Shown here in pieces: positions 38,276 to 49,631 of a DNA stretch of 64,000 nt (the stretch's first letter is position 1; the number at the start of each line of letters is the position of its first letter). The DNA comes from Camelus ferus (Eukaryota). The DNA is taken from positions 19,966,001 through 20,030,000 of the forward strand of contig NC_045696.1 in the NCBI RefSeq assembly GCF_009834535.1, given 5' to 3'. Under the pieces are notes generated by a model. The model did not search any database. It was not told where the DNA came from and was given only the letters and a program-made list of their open reading frames with translations. The position numbers and the translations under genes are program-made.

Positions 38276-39294
38276 TTTTTTTTAAATGAAGTATAGTTGA
38301 TTTACAATGTTGTGTTAGTTTTTGGTATATGACATAGTGATCCTGTTATATATATATATATATATATTTTTTTTTTTTCTTTTTCATTATAGGTTATTGC
38401 AAGCTATTGAATATAGTTCCCTGAGCTACACAGTAGGTCTGTCATTTATCTACTTTGTATATAGTAGTTTGTATCTGCTAATCCCAAACTCCTAATTTAT
38501 CCTTCTCTCCTCTCCTTTCCTCTCTGGTAACCATAAGTTCATTTTCTATGTCTACGAATCTTTTTCTGTTTGTAAATAAGTTCGTTTGTGTCATTTTTTA
38601 AGATTCCACATATAAGTGCTGTCATGTTATATGTGTCTTTCTCTGTGTGACTTATTTCATTTAGTATGATCATCTCTAGGTCATCCATGTTACTGCAAAT
38701 GGCATTATATCATTCTTTTTTATGGCTGAGTAATATTCCATTGTATATATACACCACATCTTCTTTATCCAATCATCTGTCCATGGACATGTCTTGGCTA
38801 TTGTAAACAGTGCTGCTATGAACATTGAGGTGCATGTATCCTCTTGAATTAAGAGTTTTCTTCTGATATATGCCCAGGAGTGGAATTGCTGGATCATATG
38901 GTAAGTCTATTTTTAGTTTTTTAAGGAATCTCCATACTGTTTTCCATAGTGGCTGCACCAAACTACGTTTCCACCAGCAGTGTGGGAAGGTTCCCTTTTC
39001 TCCATGCTTTCTCTCCAGTATTTATTATTCGTGGACTTTTTGATGATGGTCAGTCTGACTAGTGTGAAATGATACTTTATTGTAGTTTTGATTTGCATTT
39101 CTCTGATATTAGGTGATATTGAGCATCTTTCCATGTGCTATTGGCCATGTATATGTCTTCACTGGAGAAGTATCTGTTTAGGTCTTCTGCCCATTTTTTG
39201 ATCGGATTGTTTGTTTTGATGATTGAGTTGTAGGAGCTGTTTGTATATTCTGGAAATTAAGCCCTTGTCAGTTGCATCATTTGCATATATTTTT
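38276..39294 (-). mobile_element. 5'-truncated LINE-1 (~1 kb: ORF2 C-terminus and 3' UTR)
   Basis: ORF2 peptides [82 protein letters not shown] (38256-38275) / AAACTTAATTAGTAGAGCAT (39295-39314). Confidence 0.95.
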
Positions 39295-40277
39295 AAACTT
39301 AATTAGTAGAGCATATTTTGAATGGCCATTTTAATAACCTATTAGCTGAAAAGAAAATATGTACATATTTTCAATTTGAATGAGAATGGAAGTCTGTGCT
39401 AAGGTCTATATAGAATTCAGATTTTGTACCTCTTCAGCATACTATCCACAGGGCTCCAAAGACATGAAGTTAGTTAAGGCTCTCAGCTCACTGGTCACAT
39501 CCAACATGCAGCTGATCCCCCTGCCCTTGAATGCTTCCTGCTGTTTCCTTATTCTGCCCAAATTCTTGAGACTGAAGGGCTGCTGATCAGGCAAATTAGT
39601 ATCATAGTCTGAATAGTCTTGAAAATATAGGGACTATTATGTCCACCGAGTAGGGAGAGAAAACTAAAATGAGAAAGAGAAAGAGAGCAAGAGAGAGAGA
39701 GAATAAGAAGGAAAAGCAACATAAGACTGGGAAAGAAATTCCCAGGAAACTTATTTTTCCAAGAGGTAAAAAAAAAAAAAAAAAAGTTTTCTAGTTACAG
39801 ATAGAACCACAGTCATCAGTTACTCATCAGACTTTACTCATTTTCCAAATTTGTTTTAATTGATGGTGAGGTATGGGCCTGGGAACTGGGGAATGTGAAT
39901 TATTAACCATCTGGATGAGTGGTTTTTAAACAGGCCATTGAACTTTCTCCAAAATTAGGGGTGTAGAGTTGATAAGCTGTGAAGTTTCTTACTAACTCTG
40001 AAATTCAGTGCCTATGAAAATATAATTATTGCCAAATTCCGTGGTTTATATTTGGAATAACTTGTTATTCTTGCACTTACAAATCTTCATTAATGAATAT
40101 ACTCCAAATAGTCAGTGTTAAAAAGAGAAAACTAACAACAAAGGAAACTTTACAACATCACTGAGTCATGGATTCTGGTTATCACCATGAGCAGTTGTAT
40201 TTTTTAATATTTAAATTTACTTATTTATATGTAAGTTCTTAGATTTGTTATTTTTAAAGTAAACCTTGCTTCCATAT

Positions 40278-40405
40278 TGTATTAGTGTCCTAGGGCTGCT
40301 ATAACTAATCACCACAAACAGGGTGACTTAAAACAAAAGAAATTCATTCCTTCACAATTCAGGAGACCAGAAATCTGAAAGCAACATGTTGGCCAGGTTG
40401 GTTCA
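40278..40405 (-). mobile_element. MLT1 LTR 3'-end fragment
   Basis: TGTATTAGTGTCCTAGGGCTGCTATAAC...ACCACAAAC...CTTAAAACAA...CAGAAATCTGAAA. Confidence 0.8.
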
Positions 40406-40509
40406 TATCAGCATTTACTCTATGAAGTTGTTATAAGAATTGAATAGAAACATGTAATAAGATGTTTAGAACTATGCCTGAAAATACTACACAAGTGTTT
40501 GTTGAAATT

Positions 40510-40680
40510 AAAAAAAAATCTTCTACATAGCACAGGGAACTATGTTCAATATCTTATAATAATCTTTAATGAAAAAGAATATGGAAACAAATATATGTAT
40601 GTATACGCATGACTGGGACATTGTGCTGTACACCAGAAATTGACACATTGTAACTGACTATGCTCCAATGAAAAATAAAT
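40510..40680 (+). mobile_element. Lineage-specific LINE-1 3' tail (~170 bp)
   Basis: ATAGCACAGGGAACTAT...GCTGTACACCAGAAATTGACACATTGTAACTGACTA + A-rich tail. Reverse complement of the 4035 copy. Confidence 0.85.
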
Positions 40681-41730
40681 GAATGCATCTGTTTATTCAT
40701 CAAACAGTTACACATGAAGTGGCTATTACATGCCAGGTGGTGTTGTAGGTGCCAGGCATACAGCAGTTGATAAATACCGAGTGAAATCATGTTCTTGTTG
40801 TCTACTGATAATATAGACAGTATAACGAGGAATTCCATGAAGAAATTATCTCAACAGGAATTTTCTCGCATCAAATCTTGCAATCTGTATCTTTATACAG
40901 TTTCATTTCAATGAGATTTATATAAAATGGAAAAGAACCTTCAAGGTATTTTTTTAATTTCAACATTTCTGTCATTTTGTGAGAAATGTGTATAAGCCTA
41001 TACCTGTGTGCATGTGTATAAAACCTTTCATTACAACAGTCTAACAAAAGTTTGCTTAATCTAAAAGCATTCAAACCAGGAAGCCTGCAGAGTAAGACAA
41101 TGTAAGTGCAAAGGAGAAGATCCAGATAGCAGATCTAAATGTTAAGCTAAAATTCTAGGCAGAATTTTAAAGTCTTTGTGGTCTCTCCCTTCATTGCCAT
41201 TTCATGCACTTAGCCAGCTCCCTCCCAGCTACTGAGCACACAACAGTTTAGAGTCTGATGTTCACTCTGAGTGAACTCAATATGAGCTGTGAAGAATATG
41301 TGAATATTAATATTTTCTTACATTTATTAAATAAATGGCTTCATCTGCCTAGGGAAGTTTGTTTATGGTGATGATAGTGATGATCTTGATAATGGTGATA
41401 CTGACAGAAGAAGAAACATTAGAATTATTTTTGTTACTGCTAGGGTATTTATTATTATTGTTGTTATTATTACCACTACAACATATGGCAGCTACACATT
41501 CACTCTATGCATCAACTCAACCCCAGTTATGACACTTCTAAGTCAGCTTCAATACCCCAAAATATATCAATTATTATCATTTTTTTTTTTTTGTATTTTG
41601 TATCACCAGCAAAAAATACCCATTCATTCATCCTGGGTAGTAAGTGGCTTCTTCACCGCCATGTATAATTTTACTATAGGGTTCTTTAAAGTTCTCTAAT
41701 TTAATAGGGTTTTTAAGTGGTGCTCTGTTT

Positions 41731-41909
41731 TTTTTTTTTTTAACATTTTTTATTGATTTATAATCATTTTATAATGTTGTGTCAAATTCCAGTGTAGAGC
41801 ACAATTTTTCAGTTATACATGAACATATACATATTCATTGCCACTTTTTTTCCTCTGTGAGCAACCATAAGATCTTGTATATATTTCCCTGTTCTATAAT
41901 CTTGTTTGT
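41731..41909 (-). mobile_element. LINE-1 3' tail of a different (probably younger) subfamily
   Basis: Long pure T-tail then TTTATTGATTTATAATCATTTT...CAAATTCCAGTGTAGAGCAC. TSD CTCTGTTT(T) at 41723 and 41910. Confidence 0.85.
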
Positions 41910-43069
41910 CTCTGTTTTTTTAAGTGGAAATTCCTTAATGTGTCAAATGTTTCTATGTCACTGGACTAATAGGCCGTCCCCTCATCTCTTGGTGGTCAGA
42001 GAATTCTTATATTTGTTGCAGAAAAAAGGGCCCAATGCCTTCCGTAGCCACTGGGAGCTTGCTGTTATGGTGGAAAATCCAGCCAATGATAAGTTATAAG
42101 CCTTTTAAGAAAGACTTGCATTAGGAGGGCTATGCGTCTACCATGCCATCATGAGGAGACTGATTATATGTAGAAATTCAAGGTTATATATTCAATCAGA
42201 GATTTAATGAGTTTGCAGGCAATAGACTTATGTGACAAGAAAGTTCTCTTAGTGGTTTAGGTGTGTGTAAAAGATTTTACTGCTTCAGAGGGACTGATAG
42301 GGGGTTAAATGCACACATTTACCATAATGCCCATAAAAGTTCATGTTATTGAAAAGTTTTGCTAAAAATATATTTGGAAGTAGCTATTTAAAAGCAATAC
42401 CTATATTTGTGTAATCCAAAAATGTGAATAGAATAAAGCATCTAGAAAATTCTCTTATTACCCTAATTGCTATTTGTGAGGTAAATGTAAGAGTTTAAAT
42501 GCACTATTCTACCATTGTTTTCTATTTGATTAAGCTAAAAACAAAATTTTAAGCTTTTATTTCAATATTTCAAATGCACGGGACACAGTTTTGTTTTTTT
42601 CTCTGGCTGTTGTAGTCTCTGGAGGAAAACCTATATTAAAAGTAATAATTTAGCACTTAAGTAATAATAGTGTTTTGTAGGACTCAAAGTATTTTAAAAG
42701 TGTCCAGAACTGAAATTTAAATAACATTTTTTTTTAAGTCTCAAAATGTAGCCTTAAGATTATCATTTGGACAAAAGCCTGAGAAAAATACGAATGCCTT
42801 CTGTGCAAGTGGGCCACAATCTCTCAAGCTGCTAAATTGTAGTCTGACAGAATGGGTGCAGGGAGGTTCCTCGGAGGAGGTGGCCCCTGGAGGAAGTCGG
42901 ATGATTCAGTCCAGTGATGAAAGTGATTGTGCCATCGCTGATGCCAGAGAAAGATTCTTCCCACACAGAGTGGGAGCTTTGAAGTCTTAGTATTTCAGTC
43001 CTTAAGTTTCCATGTGTCAGTTCCGAAAACAAAATGTAGAAAAAAAGACAGCTGCACGAGAATCTCCAG

Positions 43070-43600
43070 GAATAGCCTGAGTCAGTAGCAAATGAACAGG
43101 CATTCTCTCGGACATATTGATTTGGTTTGTAATTTTCCTGTTGCTTGTTAAAAACCAGAATGTGCTCAGCTCCTTCATCTCTGTACAGCATAATATGCCA
43201 TTGATCTTTTCGTGAAAAAGTGTTTGTTCAGAATATCTGTCCACCCGAGCTTTTATGTGGGGCCTTGTTGGTTCCAAAAGCGAAGGTTAATTGAGATTTA
43301 TGCAGAGTTTTATTGAGTGGACACATGATGAAGGGAAGGCAGTGAATTGGAAATTATTCCTACCAAATTTCCAGGGTCATGTAATGCAAATGTGAATCCG
43401 ACCGAGATGAGTTGGGAGCTGCTACTTGTAAATCCAGCCTTGTTCCAGGAGGACGAAGTCCCTCTTTCACTTCACTGCTTCCGGAACTTTTGAGCTAATG
43501 CTCAGTACTCCTGCTATAAACAGCCCCTAGTTCCTTCGTGTTGCTTAAATGTGACATTTATCGGGAAAAAAATAAGAATAGTAATGGAAAAAGAGGAAGT
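43070..43600. promoter_or_regulatory. Candidate enhancer/promoter motif cluster
   Basis: AP-1 TGAGTCA (43078), octamer ATGCAAAT (43384), IRF-like TTTCACTTC (43465), ETS CTTCCGG (43478), TATAAA (43515), PU.1-like AAAGAGGAAGT (43590). Confidence 0.4.
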
Positions 43601-44075
43601 AAAAGAAAACTGCAGAAAATATATAATCTAAAGGAACCGCCATTTTCATTCATAAATCAGAGCAACAAATGTTTACTGAGTGACTACTGTGTGCACTGTC
43701 TGTTGAGGTTTGGTGGAGGTGGAGTTGGGGAGTACAAAGATGAATAAAATATTTCCAACATTGCAAAACTTAAAGCATTTAAGCAAATATTAAAAATTCA
43801 AATTGGAGATTTAAGTTGAGGGGAGAAGCATAAGGAATGTGACAAGGATATGGGAGGTTACAATTCTAATCACAGTAAGGAGAGTTGGCCAGGACACATA
43901 AGCATAAAGTGTGGTCAGAAAAGGCCTATGAGGGAGGATGCAGACGCTAAGTAGAACATGACAGAGATGAAGAGGAAGGCAGGGGTTTTGAGAGACACAG
44001 TATTTCAGGCAGATGAAACAATGTGCACAAGCATATAGAAGAGTAAAATTAACATGAATGTTTGGGGACCCTTTA

Positions 44076-44133
44076 ATATATATACCCTTTAATTATATAT
44101 ATAATAAATATATTTAATAATATATAATATATA
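44076..44133. repeat. AT-rich (TA)n-like tract
   Basis: Near-pure A/T alternating sequence. Confidence 0.8.
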
Positions 44134-46932
44134 TGCTGCTTTTTTATGGAAAGCAGCATCCAAGAAGCATTTGGGAGAAGAAATAGTTGGGTGGTAAAAT
44201 TACTGTGATATGTGAGGTCTCTGTGATTGAAAGAGGATAAAGTTTCAAGGCAGTACTCTTTGCAGATATGTTAGGTCTTTGTCCAAAATAATGTCCTGTG
44301 ATTACTTGAACCATCTGTGTTTGTTTGTTTGTTTTTAAAGAAAACTTTTCATGAGTCTTTATTTTGGCAAAAAACTCAGTGTACTTTTCAGTAAAAATTG
44401 CTCCTTCCAATGAACTGAACACTATACCTCTATTTGTGCACCTTCACTTCTTAATTTTGAACATCAGGAAAAAGGTGGAGTTTTGCCAGGATCAGTGTGT
44501 TTAAACACAGAGAACATTATCCATTCACAGCCCCTTGGTTTCCTATCATCTTGGGAGATGCACAGGAGACAGAACATGGTTTCTGTCTTTTTCTGTAAGC
44601 TTTTTAAATTAGTTCTTGAATAAGGCATAATTTAAATTTTTTAAAATATTTTAACATTAAGTTAACTGTTGTTCTTATACTTGATAAGTTAATTTTCAAT
44701 ACATTTGTATATTTGAGTGAGTAGATTTAGGATTCCAAACTGGGATAGGTTTGAACTGAGAAATTTCTCACAGGTATCCAGTGAGTATTTTCCAAAGATT
44801 AGGCAAATCTATACAATTTCAGTTTTTCTTATAATTCACACTAGAGAGTTAATAGCTGTATATCCAATGACTAAAACGTCAAGATATTTTGAGAAATGAC
44901 CTTATTGTAAATGTAGTTTGAATTGTTAAAGTTGTATTTAAAGGAAATAAAATATTTTTCTGTGCCAAAAGTGTCATTTAAAAATCTGAGAAATATGAGA
45001 CTCTGTAAGTTTTCACTGAACTAATATTCTTGCAGAGTGATGTTAAAGGATCTGTTCTCATGGGGTGTATTGACTCTGCTTCTCTGTCAGTAGCCAAAAT
45101 TTCTGCCTCTGGATTGGAAAGAAAAATAAAACAAACAAAAAAATTCTTATAAAAGAATAAGCTATATATTAAGAGGTTTTAATTACAAAACTAAGTGAAA
45201 AAAATCCAAGTTTGAAATCTTAGGTTTCGGTGGATTTGGGCGGGGTGGGGGGGCGGTCGTTGTTTTGTTGTTGTTGTTCGTTTTTCAGTGCGTAAACTTA
45301 CTCACATAAAATGTGCAGATATGTCCTACAGATATGGTCAGTCTACTTTTTATAGCCAGTCTTTGTGGTTCTTTGGGCAACAAGGAATGTAAAGAGTCTG
45401 ATTGCTGATGATTGCTGATGATGAAGCAGTATTAGACGCTGTAAATGGACCCAACTTTATATGTAGTTCTTCTCATAATGAAGACCGGTCACTAATTCAA
45501 CATTTGTAATAACCCATTGAAGTTTCCTCCTTCCACTCCACCATACAGACTGCTGAGACTGAGGAAGAACTCAGTGTGCGGAGATGTTGGTACACCTGGG
45601 ATGCTCGTAGTGTTATGCACAAAGTTGTCCATGTGTACAGAATAGAATCAGAATTCAGAGTATCGGGAGAGAGCTAGGCTTTAGGAGAGAATCGCCCCCC
45701 GGGACCATTCTGTCTCTATCGGCGGGTCAGTCTGTGTTTAAGCATGTCTGGTCAATCAGTATGTCCAGAATGCATAGTATCTCTGAGCCGACTGTCTCTC
45801 CAGAGAGGTCCCTCTACTCAGACTTTGAGTGAGAACAGAGTGCTCATAAAATGCATGTTGTTTGGAGAATAAGAAATATCCACATATTTTCCCTGCACCT
45901 TCTTCTGGGCCTGGAATCAACCTCCTTGCTTTGGCTTGAATTTGACCATGAGTTGCAAGTGTGTGAAAAGAATAATTCATAGGAAAGAGCCTCCCAAGTC
46001 CCAAGAGAGAGAATTTGCTCTTATTCTAGCTCCGCCAAAGCCCAGTAGCTGCCTTTCCCTTGATAAGGATGCTCCACAGGCAGGGAGCGGGAATGCTGGT
46101 GAGAAACATAACCTTCGTGGATGAAGACAAGGCTCATCTCACGCTCCAGATGACACAGACTCTGTCTCTCCCACCCCACCTCCCAGCCGTTCACTCACAA
46201 ATCCCTCTTCTCTCACAAGATCTTTGCATATTAAGGACTGATGTGATACAAAGAGTTAATTGATTGAGTTAATTGATTTATTTAATTGATTGTTATGGCT
46301 TGAGTTGCCTGTCACACCTTAGTGTCTGTGTGAACTTGGATAGCTTAATTACCTGAACTCATTGTATTTCTGCATGAGAAAAAGGGAGTTAATAAGAGAG
46401 TGAATCTATCCCATAGTTTCTCATGAAAATTTAAATAAGAAAAACCCATGTAACAAAATGCCTGTCACACAATTAAATCTATCAATAAAATTAGCCCTTA
46501 TGTTCTTAACTAAAAAAATGCTTAGGCATGTTTTCCAAAATTTAACAGACATGGCTTTCAAGTGATCCTTGGATGTTTGCCCATTGATTGACCAACATGG
46601 TGCTTAAATATCCCCTCTGGACTTTGGGAATCCGTGAAACCAAACCTATATGGAACTTGAGGACACAGATCTATTTGGAGAGATTTGTTGAGCATGCACT
46701 ATGTGAGGGTGTCAGGAAAATACCAGTGAGTCAAAGTGTTTATGGTTTTAGCTTTCAAGGAGATTACTATCCAGAAGGAGAGTAGACAGTAAACAAATAG
46801 TCAAACACATACATGCAAAATTTTGACTTTCCCTAGTGCAATGAATGAAAAATGCATAGCACTCTGAAGGCACAAATAACATGGAAATCTGACCTATGGC
46901 ATCAATAGACATCCACAAGGAAATGTCCTTTG

Positions 46933-47188
46933 GGCAGTATAACATAACCATTGCAAGTGTGGAACCAGGGAGCAGACTGCCTGGATTCAGGTTTCAGACT
47001 TTGCTGCATATTAACCCTGAGTGACCTGGGAAGCTACTTAACCTCACTGATGCTCAGGTCCTTCATTCATCAAATGCAGAGAATGATAGTGTTACTGACG
47101 GGGTTATAATGAGGATCTAATGTGTCAATATTTGTAAATTACTTAGGACTGGCATGTAGTAGACACTATAAGCGCCACTATTATTAGT
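46933..47188 (+). mobile_element. Near full-length MIR
   Basis: CAGACTGCCTGGATTCA...GTGACCTGGG...ACTTAACCTC...GAGGATCTAATG...TGGCATGTAGTA...CTATTATT. Confidence 0.8.
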
Positions 47189-48629
47189 AATCTCTGTGCT
47201 ATAGCTATTAGTTGCTGTGATTTCTAGATTATTATGGGTTAACTAATAAAAAGAAGGACTCGGGGTGGGAGAGAGCAGTGGGAGAGAGGAGACGGTGTCC
47301 TCCAGAACGGAGAGCAAGGGCAGAGTTGGAAAAGGAGGGATTAAAGGGAGAGAACACAGACAGCATCACAGACCAGCATTCACGGTTCCCAACCTGACTG
47401 CTCTGGGGAGAGGGTATTGCAGAGGGCAAGAGTGGAGGAGGGGCCAATGGGGAGGAGTTGAAGTGGTTGAGATGAGAGAAAAGATCTAGGAAATATCTAT
47501 GAAGACAGCAGATGAAATAGGAGCACAGCTCATCTGCTTGTTTTGTCCTCACATGAAGTTAGGTGTGGGGAATGGGATACAAGTGTGGCACTTTCAGATC
47601 TAGATCACAAAGCCTCTCTCACCCAATCCTTATTTTCACCACCAGTTAAACTAGTGAGATGGAAGGAAATTCAAGGACCCTAAGAAGGAAAAATGCACAC
47701 ACACACAAGATGGAAGAACCCTGAGTTCCTAAGTGACTACATGGACTAGACTCTTGTTCCATCTCCCTGTGGATGCAAAAGGGTACCTGAGGTCAAAGAA
47801 GAGTGAGACAGGGCGGCGTCCTTGCCTACCCTGAGTATCCAAGCAGTAGGATCCCACTCTCCTCCGTCCCACTTGTCCCACCCCAGTAGCACCTGTCTAA
47901 CTATTACAGTGTCTCCACTTTGGAAACAATTAATGTAACCATGTTCCTATTTGTTCTAGACCACTAGACTCCCCGCTTTATAAATAGATTTTATTAGTTA
48001 TTTAGTTACTTATTTTTAGTTCTTGCTGTGGCTTGCCTTTCTGTGAGTAAGGTATCAAATTTAAATTAATTACTTAAAAAATTAAGCATGTATTAATGTT
48101 AATAAAAGAGGTGGATAAATACCTGTTTACCCCTCACCTTGATTCCTCAACTATTACTATTTTATCATTCATTCTCTGTGTGATTGACAGAGATAGAGGA
48201 ATATAGATATAGATTGATATGAATAAATATAAAATGAATATAAATATAATGTATATATTAAGTGAATAAAATATATGGGATATAGTCGTCAGGGTACTTC
48301 GTTCCTAAATACTTCAGCATGATTTTCCCAGGTACGAAGATAGTTCCTTTTTAGGACAGAACATCAGTATCACACTTAAAAAATAAAATTACACAAAGTC
48401 CATGTCTAATTTTCCTTAATTTTTATCAAAACGCCCTTTGTGTTTTCCCCACTCCCTCTTCCTAAGAGGAATCCAGTCCAGGTTCATGTGTTGGATTTGT
48501 CCACTGTCGTTTTCATTTCCCCCGCTCCAGAGCAGTTTCCCCACCTGCCTCTGTTCATTGTGACATGGAATGTGTAAAGGAGTTTCAGCTGACTCCCCTG
48601 ATAGAGTTGTGTTACACGACACGGTGTTG

Positions 48630-48840
48630 ACTAGAGCTTTGGGGTTATAAAAGCCTGGATTCTGAATTATACTGCTTCCTGGCTGTGGGATATTTGTCTA
48701 TTCATTGAATCTAAGTCGCTATTTTCTTCCTTGTAAAATAAGAACAAGAAAAATAATGCCTAATTCATAGGATAGTTATATGAAAATTAAACTCTACAAC
48801 AAATGAAACATTACTCTAACACTGAATTGAAGATATATAA
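48630..48840 (+). mobile_element. MIR fragment
   Basis: AGAGCTTTGGGG...CCTGGATTCTGAA...TTCTTCCTTGTAAAATAAG...CATAGGATAGTTATATGA. Confidence 0.6.
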
Positions 48841-49614
48841 GTTGTGAGGATGAGGATGAAGTTGCGATGATGATATGGTTGGTGTAATTGTCATCATTAG
48901 CGCTACTGCTGAGGCCCCGATGCTTGGCCCCTCTGATAAGGTACCCGGTTGCACAGATGGTTCTGCTTTATTCTTATTATCTCAGCATATAGCACTGCTT
49001 TGCTCTCGCAAGTGTCCTAGTTTGAACAATGAATTATTCAGTCATGTTCCCCATGGAGGGATGAGTCCCTCAATAATTGCCTAACTTCCTCTCCCTGCTA
49101 AAAAGTGACTCCTGCTTGATTTGCCCAGTGCCTTGCTCTCTGCCTGTGCCTCCGGCACGTCACATCACTGATGCAGCAGATTTGACCATGTCCCTGCACT
49201 CCCCCTCCCACACATCTTTTTTTCTTTCTCCCCAGTAAGACAGTCCTTTGGAGGAAGAGTACAGGCTTTCTTTTCTCTTTTCATTTTCTTTACTGCTTTA
49301 TTTTGTTTTTTTTATAGTTTTGGTATTGCAGATCACTTAGCACAATAACTGCAGTTTGTTTATTTAATAAGGTCCTCACAAATTCTCATAGACGTGCTCT
49401 TTACCTCTCTAGCTAACTCTATCCCCATTCCTCTGCAAACACTCTGCTCTCTAGTTACATTCTCCCTCCACCTCCCCCTTCTCCAGATCTTCACAGTCAA
49501 GTTAAGAGAGAAGAACATTAGGTAGACCAAAACAAACAAACAAACAAAACCGAAAAAACCAACTAACAACAGCAATAATAAAAGGCAGACTTGTCCACCA
49601 GCACAATGACAAAC

Positions 49615-49631
49615 TGAACTTGGTCTGAACT
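49615..49631 (-). promoter_or_regulatory. Perfect DR5 nuclear-receptor element (candidate RARE)
   Basis: Minus strand AGTTCA-GACCA-AGTTCA. Confidence 0.45.

Noticed and set aside
42832..43277. 119-aa and 86-aa minus-strand ORFs as a protein-coding gene
   Set aside because: No recognisable domain or homologue and no supporting exon structure. ORFs of this size arise by chance, and the region is better explained as regulatory.
45410..45565. C/D-box snoRNA (ATGATGA ... CTGA)
   Set aside because: The box C-like word comes from a TGA micro-duplication. No terminal stem or recognisable guide sequence.
46252..46292. Short tandem (GAGTTAATTGATT)n as a CRISPR-like or functional array
   Set aside because: Only two to three degenerate units with no spacers, consistent with ordinary slippage.
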